Part shown: piece by piece, positions 28,875 to 43,529 of the stretch
Position numbering within the stretch: the first letter of the stretch is position 1
How the letters are laid out: the number at the start of each line of letters is the position of its first letter
Assembly (NCBI RefSeq): GCF_009914755.1
Contig: NC_060933.1
Reading direction: 5' to 3' (one strand)
Source: the human T2T-CHM13v2.0 reference genome, Homo sapiens
DNA: 64,000 nucleotides
Program-made: the position numbers and the translations under genes
The notes under the pieces: model-generated
Databases searched by the model: none
The model's input: only the letters and a program-made list of their open reading frames with translations
What the model was told of the DNA's origin: nothing

Positions 28875-30079
28875 GTTTATGAATTACCGGGTCTGGATGA
28901 CTAGTTGGCTATGACTGGGAAGGAAGGAGGACATAAAGATAGATTTTCTAGCTCACATGACCTGGGGAAACGCTATTGGTTTAAGGTCTTGTCTCTGGAA
29001 TCAGAGTGGCTACAACAGGTGCTTGATGGTAGCCTTGGGCAAATGACATACTTCTTGCCTAGAAATAATAGTAAACTCACTGTATAGAATTACTGTGAGG
29101 ATTAAATGAGATAATGCACATAAAACACATAGCATGGTGCCAGAAACATGAGTGCTCAAAATTTTTATTGTATAAATTAATTATGGTAGGCAAGAACAAG
29201 TCTATAGAAAAAAGTGTTTTTCAGATGAGTGATATTAAGTTTGGTTCTCAACATGTTGATTTTACAGTGTCTATAGGATATCTAGTAGTTGTTTGGAAAT
29301 AATAATTGGTGTTCAAAAGGGAGTTCAATACTAGAGGTACAAAATTGGTGTAGTTCAGTGGTATTGTTTAAATCACATAAATATATCATTCAGGGAAAGG
29401 GTATAGTGAGATGAGAAGGTGAAAGACTAGTATATCAGTTAGTTCTAATTGTTCTAAGCCTCAGGTGTCTTTGCTGTAGAGTGAAGATAATAGTATCCTG
29501 TTTTACAGCATTTGTGTGGTAATTAAATGTGATGATGCAGGTAAAAAACATTAAAAATATGAGGCATCCAGAGTGCAAGAAGCGAGATGAGAAGAAAGGG
29601 AAACAATTTTCAGAAAAGTAGTTGTCAAGGAATAAGAGTTTGAGACTTGAGGGAATGATCTTTCATGTTAAATATACAAAATAAATAATTCTGGGACTTG
29701 GTGTTCCCTTTGGTCTTACGAACCCTTGAATTAAGGGGTATTTAGATAAGTATTAATTTATAGTCCAACTTTAAATATGAGCTTCCTAGCACAGAAAACA
29801 AAGAGGGAAATGCAATTAGTTACATGATTAAAATACTGCTTCCCATGAAGAAACAGTTATTTGCCTGTTTTGAAGCTGGAAATCAGTTTTGTTCCTAGGT
29901 CCTAATTGAAGGAAAAATGTGCAATATAATGGCGCATACCCTCTTCAATATCTCTAAAAAGCTTTTAAAAATGAGCTTTATGAGGCTGCTTCTCATAAAG
30001 TCTCTCTGTTTAACACTACCCCATAAATGCATATTTACTAGGGACCAAATGATAATATTGTTTAATAATACCATAATGA

Positions 30080-30330
30080 TGAAATAAGCTACCATTTAGC
30101 GAGCATTTATTATGTGTCAAACACTGTGCAAAGTATCCTATTTACATTGTTCTGATGCATCACCAGAAGAGGAGAGAGGGCAAGTGTTATCCATGTTTTC
30201 CATATGGAAAATCTGAGGTTCCATGAGACTAAATGACTGCTCAAGCTTAAACCACCAGTAAGTAGTATGGCCAAGATTTAAAACCAAGTCTACTCACCTT
30301 CAGGGCCTGTGCTTTTGATACTGCTCTGCT
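30080..30330 (-). mobile_element. MIR
   Basis: gagcatttattatgtgtcaaacactgtgc...ggaaaatctgaggttc...aaatgactgctcaag. Confidence 0.75.
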
Positions 30331-30356
30331 CTAGCATTTAACCTACTGTTTTGTAA

Positions 30357-30689
<333 letters not shown>

Positions 30690-30983
30690 TAAACATTGTT
30701 TTTAATTAGAGTGGTTGAGGTGGAAATCTACTGATTTTATTGATAAGGAAAAAGAGGCTCTGAGAGGTCGGAAGTTCTAGGATCCTGTGACTTTTTTGAC
30801 AGCGGGTACCATATGCTGAGCCCCTTCCAGCTGCCATTTTATTACATTCTGCCCTGTCGGATATAATGTTGGTTGACATGAACACAGAACATAGGTTCTT
30901 ATATTCCAGCTTTGTTATGGACAGAGGATATTTTCAAAAAAGTATGGAAAATGCCAAGCAGATGATTTAGTCATAACTCCTGA

Positions 30984-31357
<374 letters not shown>

Positions 31358-33504
31358 CAGTTTTACTTTGAAGATGAGTCAATGGCCAATGAGAGAAGAC
31401 TAAGTGGAGGAGTCTTCACCCAGCCCATCAGTTCAGCAACACACAATAAGGGCACTTTCTCTCCAGGGGTGCAACACCAGCCATTGCTGTCTTGAATCAT
31501 TTTCCCTTAGCTCTCACAATTTATATTCTCTGTCTCTCTTTGGCTACAAAGAAAATCCCCCCTGCACTTCAAACAGCAGAGGTCTGCCAGATACTCCACC
31601 CTCATCAATCTTCATTTAAATGCCAGCAACATGACCCTATGAATAAAGGTGGTGAGTTAATAAATCAGCATCTTTTTAAAGAATTTTCTTTTAACTGACA
31701 CAGGGAATTGGAATGACCACCTTAGAGGAAGAGGAAGTGATGAAATATAGCAGATTGTTTAGACCTGAGGACAGCCCAGCTTCAAATCAGGGCCCTGCTC
31801 TTTACCAGCCCTGTGACCTAGAGCAAGTCCCTTACTGGATGAGTCTTGGGTTTTTGTTTTTGTTTTCTTCTTTGTAATAAGGGAAAATTAATTGCACTGT
31901 TTCCTATGGTAATTGAGAGTACTGTTGCCAGCAGGGGTGGGGGGCTGTGTTTTCATGTGGAAGATGCCTATAAACAAACACTTCTAGGTCCTCTCCACCT
32001 CTCAGATAACTTATTGGAACAAGGAGCTATATTCATAGCTCAGCACCATCCCTTTCCTCCTAGGAATCTTTCTGTCTTCACAGAACCTTTGCCTGGGTGT
32101 GCCCCCTGCCATGCAATGAACCAGGCAGTAAAGGTCCTGGCCGTGCCAGAGAGACCTGAGGACATCCATGATTGCTGTGACCAAGTGGGCACATCTGACT
32201 AATTCCAGAAGAAACCCACTGCACATTTTATACAGCTCTTTCAGTAATAAAGTCAACATTTGGCTTTCTATCCACTCAACTCATTTGTGTAACTTGGTTA
32301 TACAAATTCAGAACTTGAGAAGCTCCCTAAAATCCCAACAAGTTGTAGATCAAGTGATTAATACAATGCTCCTGGTGCTATTTGGAGGCATACTTTCAGA
32401 TTCTCTTCCTTCTAATGTAAATTTTATGTGTCATTCTAATTGATGCACCTGCTTCCCATTATTAACAGTTAATAACTAATTATTAAGATTTTGTCTGGTA
32501 CAAGGTTCTGTATATCAGACTGTGTACAATGTAGAGGTAAAAAAATAAAAATTAAAAAAAAATGGAGTCAACCTCATTTCCCGGGATTTATCAGGCTAGA
32601 GATGAGAAAAAGAAAAATGTATACATGTTTACACAAAGAGGTAGAAAAGAAATACAACACAAGAAAGAGTCAGGTGAACTGCTATGAAGGTTAGCACATA
32701 GCAAGTACAACTGTTTTTATTCAGTGAGGCAGCAATTTGGTTTTTTTTATTTTATTTTTATCATGAAATTGATATGAATAAGCTCCAACCCTTTTTTGGG
32801 CCTCTGGTTCTGCATCTGGAAATAGAGGAAGGCTATTGAATGGCATGGTCTATTAAGATCTTCCCTGGGCTGACATGCTGTGCTCCATTCTCTTCTATAT
32901 CTCAGGGTATTGTAAAGACAGAAATCAGAAATGCAGGTTTAAGGTTCCTTGTTGGGACTAGGAGGCAGGGTGAGGAAGATCCCTGACTCCCAGGGCCCAC
33001 CCTACCTCTGCAGAATTTCATTTTCCCCCAAGGCATCACCCAAAGAGATTCATGCACCTTCTTGAAGACATGCCACCACTCCCATCCTACTGAGTACTGT
33101 CTGCACTTTGTCTTTAGCCAAAACTGAAACCAGTTTCAAAGGTAACAAGATCTGTCCCTGGTCTTGCCTACATAAACCATAATGGGGAACACCAAATTTT
33201 AGCTCCATTTGTCTACAAGCAAAGGCTTTCCAAAACAGACAGAAGAAGTCCCACTTGGGGTGAAGTTTGCAGTTCCATATGTTTCAGTGGGAGAGGGGGA
33301 AAACGATGGGATGAGGGGAGCAAAAACTGGATTCAAAAGAGAGGAACTATTTAGTTCAGTATCCTAAGACCTCAATGCTAAGACATCAGGGAATCCATCC
33401 AGCCAACCCCTCTCCTCAGTAAATGCAAAATATAAATAAATGACACTCACTCTCATTCCCACCCCTCATATCAGAGACCACATTAATGTAAGAGAACGAA
33501 AAAA

Positions 33505-33740
33505 TACTATGATGACGATAACTATTCTTTATTGAATAGATTCTATGTGCCAGGTACTGGGCTAAGTGCTTTATATATTGTCCCATTGAGTTCTTGTAAT
33601 ATTATGAAGTAGTTCTATTATTGTCATAATTTTATACCTGAGGAAACTGAGGCACACAGTATTGTAGTAACTTGCCCAAGGTCACCAAGCTGGGATGGAA
33701 TATTTGTCTGTCTCCAAAACGTCTACTATGGCATCCCTTC
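33505..33740 (-). mobile_element. MIR
   Basis: ctatgtgccaggtactgggctaagtgcttt...gaggaaactgaggcac...taacttgcccaaggtcac. Confidence 0.88.
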
Positions 33741-33829
33741 CACAAGATCCGTGTATGACAGGACGATTTTTCTCCTGTTTCCTTGCCTGAAAATTGGCTC
33801 TTTTCCTTTTCTATCTGCCTTCTTATCGC

Positions 33830-34560
33830 CATCATACTGACATTTCTCTGGTCCAGGGCATTACCACTTTCATCCCACTTACGTCTGCCCCTTATCTCCA
33901 CTTCCTCGACATCACCCTGGTTCAAGGCATATTCACCTCTCATCTGAACTGGACACTCTGGGCCTGTCTCTTGCCAATTCATCTTCCATCATGTAGCATA
34001 TGGGATCTTTCCCAAAACCAACATCGGCCATAGGTCTGACCCTTACTTTAAATGTTCAGTGGCTCTATTAGACATGGCCCCTTTAACATGTAAAACAAGG
34101 CTTTCACATTCCAATTTGTGTACCCCTTCTGCCTCACTTATTGCTAGTCTCTCTATCTCTTTCTCTGTGTGTGTGTTTTACACTTTATTCTCCACTCACA
34201 ATAAGTTTCTGCTGCCTCCATTGTCATAATTTTTTCTTGACTCTTTAATTGAGCATATGCTGGTCCCAATTCCACCCACCTCTGATAATTCTTTCTTATC
34301 CTTCAGCTGTGAATTGGTATTCATGGAGGGCATCCCTGTGTGCTCCATATCCAGATTAGATACCCTTTCCACGTGCTTCCACTTCATGCCACACAGACCT
34401 TTGTCATAGCATCTCTTCTGCATCCATATTTACATCCCTTTGTGTGCTTCACCCACTTGTCTGCTCCATTACAGGAAGGACTGTCTCCTTTTTATCACTG
34501 TGTCCCCTGTCCCTGCCTTCATTGCATTTGATGAATAAGTAAAGTAATAAACAAAGGAAT
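33830..34560 (+). mobile_element. L2 fragment
   Basis: catcaccctggttcaaggc...ctcatctgaactggac...to a tgaataagtaaa tail. Diverged. Confidence 0.6.
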
Positions 34561-35464
34561 AGATGAGAGAAATTTAAGTTGGAAATCATGAAAATTAAAA
34601 CCCCGTACCATTGTTTCCTTTGTGCTCCGAAGGTTCTTGACAATTCAAAATATAAAAGCGGCAAACACACAGAGGGGATTACAACTTGCGTTGAAGTCAC
34701 TAATATTATTAGTGCTTCTCCTTATTGGACATTTGCTTCCCAAAGACAGTGAAGCTGGATGAATTAATGCTTCATCAATAGACCCACTGTAAAATACCAT
34801 AAGTAGTTTAGATAACAGAAAAGAAGGCTTTTTGCCCTTGAATGCACTTTGATGTTCACTGAGGTGGTTAAGAATCTCTCAAAAGCAAGGGGAAAAATAA
34901 TCCTCAAAGTTTCTTATAACAAAGAGATTGAAATTCGCAAACTCTACCTCATTAAAAATACTGTACAGTTTCAAGTCCTCTGAAGACTCTCAATAAATAT
35001 TAATTGAATTGAATGTGAATTGAATTAAGCAGAACACCTATGAATGACTCATTTTTTTCCTCAGAAAAATTTAAGGAGCTGTAACACCTGCTTATTGCGC
35101 TAAGATAATGGAAATTTCTAGGCATCAGCCATGGAGAGAAGAGGAAAGAGGTGAGAGGAGAAAGATAGATTACAATTAAACAGACGTCACTTCACATACC
35201 ATTACATAGCTGTGTATCCTCAGGCAGCTTACTCAAATGAGCCTTGATTTGCTTGTCTTTAAACTGGAAATATTGATACTTATTTTTTGGAGATTACAAG
35301 TTTATTGTGAGAGTAAAACATATGTGTGTTTTAACTCTAAATTAGAATATACATTAAAGAAATTACTTATCAATCCATACAAATCATGCAATATATTGCC
35401 ATGTCAATGTATTTGGACTTATTAGTCTCCGGAATTGCCTTTTGAGTGGTGTGGTAAACTCACT

Positions 35465-35499
35465 ACTCTCTCTCTCACTCTCACTCATTCTCTCACTCA

Positions 35500-35536
<37 letters not shown>

Positions 35537-35548
35537 TATATATATATA
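35465..35548. repeat. Compound (CT)n(AT)n microsatellite
   Basis: Read directly. Confidence 0.95.
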
Positions 35549-35790
35549 TTCCCTGCCTGATATTACATAGTACATGGAGGCAGGAGGCAGGATGAGGAGG
35601 GGAATTAGCATGGATTTGAGACACCAGAAGACTGAACTTCAATCCTGGTTTCCCTGAATTCCCTTCTGTGTGACCTCAGGCAAATCATCCACTTTCTCAA
35701 AGCCTTAGTATTATGGGAATTTAATATATAATGTATTTCAGTGGGTTTTGCAAAATACTGCATGAAAGCCTTGGTTCATATTATTTAAAG

Positions 35791-36018
35791 CAGGGGTTCT
35801 CAACTAGGGGCAGTTTTACACAAACACCCCTAGGGATATTTGGCAATGTCTAGAGGCATGTTTTTACACTGTAGGAAAGGGGAGTGCTACTGGCACCTAG
35901 GAGGTAGAGGCCAGGGATGCTGCTCAACATCCTGCAATGCACAGGGCAGTCTCTTTTCACTCCTCAGCAAAGAATAATCTGGCCCCAAATTTCAGTAGTA
36001 TGGAGTTGAGAAACCCTA
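35791..36018 (+). mobile_element. MER20 (hAT-Charlie)
   Basis: TIRs caggggttctcaac / gttgagaaacccta and the gaggccagggatgctgct core. 8-bp TSD atttaaag / atttaaat. Confidence 0.92.
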
Positions 36019-36140
36019 ATTTAAATGTTGATATAATGAAAATTTAAAGGTGGTCTCTTAATAAGAACATTCAAGAACATTTGTTTATTTCTTAAATGAC
36101 CAATTAATGATAGCCAGCATGATCAGCATCTCATGGTATA

Positions 36141-37899
36141 TTTTTTCTTCTCCAGCTTTATTGGAGTATCATAGACAAATACAAGTAATATGTATTTTAG
36201 GTGTTCAACATTGTTTTGATATACTCATATATTGTGAAATGATTAACATCATTCATACGATTTGGCTGTGCTCCCACCCAAATCTCATCTTGAATTGTAG
36301 TTCCCATAATCCCCCACATGTCATGGGTAGGACCCGGTGGGGAAGAGGTAATTTAGTCATGGAGGAAGTTACCCTCATGCTATTCTCATAATAGTGAGTT
36401 CTCATGAGATCTAATCATTTTATAAGAGACTTTTCCCCTTTTTGCTTGGCACTTCTTGCTGCTGCTCTTCACTCTTCACTCTGCACTTCTCTTTTCTGCT
36501 GCCATGTGAAGAAGGACATGTCTGCTTCCCCTTCTGTCATGATTGTACATTTCCTGAGGCCTCCCAGCCATGCTGAACTATGAGTCAATTAAACCTCTTT
36601 TCTTTATAAATTACCCCAGTCTTAGATATGTCTGTATTAGCAGTGTGAGAATGGACTAATACAATCATCAAACTAATTAAAATATCCATCAACTCACATA
36701 GTTACCTTGTGTGTGTGTTGAGAACATTTAAGATCTACTCCTAGCAAATTTTGATTATTCAATACAGTATTTTAACTATAGTCACCGTATGGTACATTAG
36801 ATCTCTAGAACATATTTCATCCTGAGTAACTGGAAGTTTGTACTCTGATCAACATCTTCCCATTTTCCCCACCCCCACACAGCTCCTGGCAACCACCATT
36901 CTACTCTTTGCTTCTCTGAATTTGATATTTTTAGGTTAAAAAACACACAACAATGAAATTATAGTCTCTCTATTAAATCGTAATGGGAAAACTGGATCTC
37001 CACATGTTGAAAGAAATTAGACTTTTATCTCACATCATATACAAAAGTTAACTCAAAAGGGATTAGACTTAAACATAAGATTTGAAACTGTAAAAATCAC
37101 TGCAGAAAAACATAGGAAAAATTGTTTTCATATTATCCTGGGCAATGATAACACCCCAAAAAACAGGCAACAAAAGCAAAAATAGACAAATGGTATTGCA
37201 AGAAACTAAAAAGCTTCTGCACAGCAAAGGAAATAATCAATAGAGTGAAAATACAGCCTATGGAATGAGAGAAAGTATTTCCAAACTGTACATCATGTAA
37301 GGTGTTAATATCCAAAATGCATAAGGAACCCAAATAACTCAATAGGAAGGAAACAACCCAATTTAAAAATGGGCAAAGGTCCTGACTAGACACTTACCAA
37401 AGAGGACATACAAATCGTCAACAGGAATATAAAAAATTGTATACATCACTAATCATCAGAGAAATGCAAATTGAAACTACAATGAGATATTACTTCATAC
37501 CTGTTAGAATGCTATTATTTAAAAAAAAAAAAAAACCTAAGGGTTGGTGACAATATCTAGAAGAGAGGTCCTCTGCACATTGTTGGTGGGAAGGTAAATT
37601 GGTATAACCATTATGGAAAACAGTATGTAGGTTCCTCAAAACATTAAAACTAAAACTCCCATACAATCCAGCAATCTTACTCCTGGGTATATATCTAGAA
37701 GAAATAAAATAAATATGTTGAGGTATCAACAGTCCTATGTTCATTACAGCATTATTTGCAATTGACAAGATATTGAATCAACCGAAATATCCATGTATGA
37801 ATGAATAGATAAAGAAAATGTGGTATGTATACACAATAGAATATCATTCAGCCTTTTAAAAAGAAATCTTGCCATTTATGACAGAATGGATAATCCTGG
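36141..37899 (-). mobile_element. L1MA 3' end with probable 5' inversion (minus 36141-36937, plus 36938-37899)
   Basis: A minus-strand L1MA 3'UTR abuts a plus-strand ORF2 C-terminal segment. The two parts cover nearly consecutive consensus intervals. Confidence 0.8.
36253..36663 (+). mobile_element. THE1B/C-like solo LTR nested in L1MA
   Basis: cccacccaaatctcatcttgaattgtagttccc...ggactaataca. 5-bp TSD atcat at 36248-36252 and 36664-36668. Confidence 0.93.
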
Positions 37900-39699
37900 T
37901 TTTTTCAGATTCACCCATATCATGGGAGAAGATATTATGATTCTTTGATCTAATGGCCTTTCAAAAGAATGTGTTTCTGTGTGAAAACACACGTGTGTAT
38001 GTGTGTTCAACATGTTCTTTGAGTGCTTTCTGCTTTTGCCTATAAAACAGAGCACTCCTGTGAGGTAAATAGAGCAGAAAGTATTACCCCCATTTAACAA
38101 GTAAGAAAATCAGTGTCCAGAGGCCGCATGACTTGACTGAAGTCACAAAGCTATTAAGTAGTGAAGGATATTTTGTATGTGTCTGGACATCAGAATTTAA
38201 TAGCTATATAGAAGCTGATGCAGGTGGGCATACATGCTGAGATTTAGTATTTGTTTTGATTCAACATTTCAGTTAAAATCAGCAAGAATTAGTTAGGTAT
38301 TAACACTAAGTTTGTCATACCTAAATGACACAATTCCTGCCACCAAATTTTCAGAGACTAGGATAAATTTCTAATCTGAATATTGCATGAATATAATGAT
38401 GTTAAGGAAAAGTTGATTTCTAAATTAGGGTGAACAGGTGTTCAAATAAATGTTCTAGGAAAACGGGGTAATCACATGAAATTTAAAAAGTTAATATAAA
38501 TAACGAACTCTTTCCAACATAACATGTTATGTACTCCAACATACATATATACAAATATGTGTTATATTCCCAAATGGATTTTAAGTCCCTTGTAAATAGT
38601 GACTCTTTCTCATACCATCATTAAGATGGTGCTTGGCTCATATTTGGTTCCTAATTTAAAGAAAATGTTTGGGGAGGGGAGGAGGGCAAAGCATAAATAT
38701 ATTGAAAAGATCATCTAGAAAACCAAGGAAGGATTACATTGATGGAGTAATAATTATATTTAAAATATGTGGTGGATTATTATTTTTAAAGAGTTCTCTA
38801 CTATAAATAACATCCCTCCAAATAAATAGGACTCCCTTCACTGAATGAAATGCATGCATTTCCATATATAAATTAAATGATCTGTCAGCATGGAATGGAG
38901 AAAAGTGAAACAAATCAAACTGAATTTCAACCCTGTACTGGACTTCATAGAGTTGTCCCTAAACCTCTTGGAACATTATTCAACTAGCCCCTAGCCCATT
39001 GAAGTGGATTCTGTTTCTTCGCTTCACTTAGAGGGCAGGATTGCTGTGAAATTCAAATGAAAACCCCTCTGTGAAAGCTGAACCATGAGGTAACTAGCAT
39101 CCTAAACCTGCCTAACCTTCACACAGGCAACTGCCAGTCAACAGTTCTTCAAGAACTGATGAGCTCATGATCAAGAACATGCCAACCAGGCAGAAAAGTA
39201 ATCTTAAATGAGCAGCTTCTTAAAAAAGGAGAAGAAATAGAAGAAGAAAGATGATGGAAAGGAGGAAGGGATATCCAAAACAGATTAGAGAGAAGAGAAA
39301 AAATACCTTCAATCATTTGACCCCTCTAATTTCTCCCTACCAGTCATGCCCAGACTTCCCTTTCTTTCCACAGCTTAGATCCTGGGTGCCCACTTTAAAG
39401 AATTCCTTTATCAATAGAATATTTTTACTTCCTCTACTATGCAATATTCACTGATTTGCTTTATTAATGTTACAATCTGAACACTGCTGCTGAAAACTGG
39501 GAGAATTAAAAAAAATGTCCAACCCTGTGAATTGGGGCTACAAGAAATTGATAGTCTCAGACCTTGAGCTCTCAACACTCTATGGATTTGTCTATTCAAC
39601 ACAGAGCAATCATTCATGTTTCTCCTACACGCTCCTCTCAAGCTTCCTCCCTGGCCACTATTTCACTGATCCCAAGTGAGTCTGGAAGCTCTACCAATT

Positions 39700-40410
39700 C
39701 TTGGCTCTCCACAGATAAAACCTTCCTTTATTAGTAATAGAATCCAGGACAGGAAATTTCTTCAGTGTTCTCCCACAAGTCTTTAAGATAAGCTTCATTT
39801 CCATCCATTTTCCTCTCTTTCTTCCATCACAATATATGGCTGTGTCCCTTGCTATCTAAAGTTTATCCCTCCATCTGTGCTCTGGTGAACTTCTCCAGAA
39901 CTTGTCCCTTTGAGCTATCCCCATGCCATCGTGTGTCATCAACCCCATCCTTCCTTCTCCCATGAATCCTTTCCATCAGCGCTACACAGAGGATATGTTC
40001 ACCCATGTTAAGATGCTGAAGTTTCTCCCAGATAACAAACCACAAAACAAGCTGAGTGTGTGTCCTCTTCCAGTTACTAACATTTTTGTTTTCAGCCCTT
40101 TGCAACCTAACTTCTATAAGAATTGTGCATACTCCTAGTCTCTCATTTCTCATCCCCTATTTTCAAATCAACCCATTATCATCTGGCTTTCTTCCCTTCA
40201 TTCATATCTCATCCCAATGGCACATGCCATTGTGCAATATGTAATTCATAAATATTTGGTGAATGAATCAAACTTGTTTTACCCCACCTCTCCACTATCT
40301 TTAGCCAAGTTTATCAAAGACCTCACTGTTGCTATATCCAATAAATGTTGCTCATTTTATCAAATGGGCTTATTCACAGCGTATGACACTGCTGTCATCA
40401 TGTCTCCTGG
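39700..40410 (+). mobile_element. L2 fragment (continues at ~43530-44170)
   Basis: ccctccatctgtgctctgg...aacccattatcatctggctt...atgacactgctg. Confidence 0.65.
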
Positions 40411-40414
40411 ATTC

Positions 40415-42210
40415 CTTTTTTTTTTCCCTATAACAGCTCTATCAAGCTATAATTCACATGCCTTAAAATTCACCTTTTTTGAAATGTACAACTGAGTGAT
40501 TTGTAATATATTCACAGAGTTGTGCAATCTTAACAACTACTTAATTCCAGAACATTTACATCACTTCAAAGAAACCCCATACCCTATAGCAGTCACTCCC
40601 AATTCTCTTCTTCCACCCATTCCCTGGAAACCACTAATCTACTTTCCGTCTCTTTGGATTTAACTACTCAGAACATTTTATGTAAGTGAAGTCATTTAAA
40701 ATGTGGTCTTTTGTGACTGGCTTATTTCACTTAGCATAATATTTTCAAGATTTATTCATGTTGTAGCATGTATCAGTATGTCATTTTTAAATGGCTGAGT
40801 AATATTCCATTGCATATATATATCACATTTTGTTTATCCATTCACCTGTTGATGAACAATTGGGTTGCTTCTAATTTGTTACTATGAATAATGCTGTTAC
40901 GGAAATGTGTGTACAAGTTTTTGTATGAAAGTGCATTTTTATTTTTCTTAGTTATATACCTAAGACTGGAATTGCTAGGTCATATGGTAACTCTATGTTT
41001 AACATTTTGAAGAAATGTCAAGTTTATTTCCAAAGGAGGTGTACCATTTAACATTTCTGCCAGCAATATATGAGGGTATCATTTTCTCCACCATTTTCAT
41101 CCTTGTCAAACTTTTTACTATCTTTTAAAATTTTAGCCATCCTAGTCAATGTGAAGTAGTGTCTCACTGTAGTTCTGTTTTTAATTTTCCTCATGTCATA
41201 TTATCTTGAACATCTTTTCATGGGTTTATTGGCCATTTCTATATCTTTGTTTGAAGAGGAATGTCTACTCAGATATGTGCTCATTTTTTAATTGCATTAT
41301 TTCTCTTTATTGTTGAGTTGTGATCATTCCTTATATATTTAGCCTTTAGAATATATAAGGAATGATCACAGAGATAAAAGTACAAAACTCTTATAGAGAC
41401 TCTTATGAAATATATGGCTTGCAAACATTTTCTCTCATTATCTGGGTTGCCTTTTCACTTTCTTGGTGGCGACCTTTGAAGCGAAAACTTTTTAAACTTG
41501 ATCTTATCCAGTTTGCCTACTTATTCTGTCTTCACTTATGCTTCCAGTATCATATCTAAGAAACTTTTGCCTAACCCAAAGTCATGAATATATACTACTA
41601 TATTTACTTACAAGACTTTCGTACTTTTATCTCTGATATTTAGGTCTATGATCCATTTTATGTTAGCTTTTCTGTACAGTGTAAGGAAGGGTCCACCTTC
41701 ATTTTTTTCCAGGTAGATAGCCAGTTGTTTCAGCACCACTTGTTGAAAAGACTATTTCTTTTCATATCGATTTGTCCAGGCAACCTTGTCAAAAATCAAT
41801 CAACTATATTGTAAGGATTTACTTCTGAATTTTCATTTCCACTGCATTAGTTTATAGCCTATCTCTCTGCAAGTACAACATTTTCTTAAATACCATACTT
41901 TTGTTTAAGTTATGAAATTAAAAAGTGTGAATTTTTAACTTTATTTTCCTTTTTAAAAATCATTTTGGTCCTTCTTGGTCCCTTACATTTTCCTATAAGT
42001 TTTAAAATCAGTTTGTCAATTTCTGCAGAAAGTGGCACTAGGATTTTGATAGGGACTGCATTGAATTTATAGTTCAATTTGGGAAGTACTGCTATCTTAA
42101 CAATATTAAATTTTTCAATCTATAAATGTGGTTAAATTTCAATTTATTTAGGTCTTCTTTAATTTCCTTCAGCAATGTCTTGTAGTTTCAGTGTACACGT
42201 CTTGCATTTC
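40415..42210 (-). mobile_element. L1MB-like 3' fragment
   Basis: ataattcacatgccttaaaattcacc...atattcacagagttgtgcaa, the L1MB 3'UTR, then antisense ORF2. Confidence 0.88.
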
Positions 42211-42399
42211 TAAACCTCGTGGACTATGTATTTTTAAAAAATTAATTAATAAACTTTGGTACAGCAGAATTTAAACTATCTAATAATTATAATAAGTTAC
42301 CTGAATATACTCCCAATGAAGAATCTTTGTGTTTTTATTATATTTCTTTAACATAGGAAACCCTTTTAATCCATGTACGATATTATTTAGTTTATAATT

Positions 42400-43520
42400 A
42401 TGTGTTTGGGCCATACCTTCCTGTTTCTTAGTGTGTTTCACAGCTTCGTGTTGAAAACTGGAATTTTTCATAATCTAATGTGGCAACTCTGGAAATAAGA
42501 TTCCTCACTTCCCAGGGTTTTCCACTGTTACTGTTTGTTGTTCCTGCTGTTTGAAGTTTGTTTGGTGACTTTACTCAACTTATTATTTAAAGTCTGCACT
42601 GTGTTGTGTGTGGCCACTGAAGTCTCTGCTGAGTTAGCTTAGTGGTCAGGGAATGATTGGATAAAAATTTGCATGAATGACTTGAACCCATAGGTCTCTC
42701 ACACTTTACCATGGAGCCCTGAGTGGATGTGTTGGGGCACCATTTCAACACTGCCAGTTTTCAACTCTGCCTTAGCTTTCAGTTCCTGTTTATGCAGATC
42801 CTCAGTGTCAGCCAGCATAAGATATTGGGATCTTCTCAAGTCTTTCCCGAGCATTCTCACAGCCCTGCACATGTACATCATTTTCTAGATGCCCTTGAAT
42901 ATGTTGGAGTCTTTTAAAGCCCCCTGTAAATGTTTCATTTTTCAGCTTTTTCCTTTAAGGGTCTTAGCTAGCCTCTTATTTGCCCTAATTGATACAACTT
43001 GTATCACTGCTTCAGGCAGCTTCAATTTAAATGATGGACACTGTTCATTTTTCACAAACACCCTGGGGATACAGCATTTCCCCAGTGAATGAGCTCTGAG
43101 TCAGTTAAAATAAAGCCAGTCTCCATGAATGGGGCTTTCCAGGGAGTTGTCAGGCAGGTCAAATAGTGATAGTTCTCTAGGAATGGACTTTTGGGAGATC
43201 TCTAAACACTTTCTATCCCATCCAGTAGCTGTAAGACTGCTGGTTTTCACAATTACCATGCTCGTGAGGCTGTTGGTTTTCACTGCTACTGTGCAGGAAA
43301 ACAGAAATAGAAATAGTGTGTGTTAAAATGCTACAAAGCTCTTTGCTATTCTTACAGAAATTCAGCTATTTTTCTTCAACAAACATTCTTCAGATTGTTA
43401 CAAGCTTTTGATTAAGTTTTACAGCTCTGTAAAAGTTTATTTTGTCAATTTTTTTAGTGTTCTTTTTGCTGTTATGAAGTAGATTTTCAGAAGTCTTCAC
43501 TCCAGCTTTCAGAAAGTGTT
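42400..43520 (-). mobile_element. L1M (MC/MD-like) 5'-region fragment
   Basis: gttgaaaactgga...aatgtggcaactctggaaataagattcc and gtgtggccactgaagtctctg resemble old L1M 5' ends. Confidence 0.7.
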
Positions 43521-43529
43521 CCTTCTCCT

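Larger units (their letters stand above)
27690..29640 (-). mobile_element. L2 fragments interrupted by THE1, MER5 and MIR
   Basis: Antisense L2 tail then body (gagcttacaatctag, ggaagccattg, atattaagtttgg). Boundaries approximate. Confidence 0.6.
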
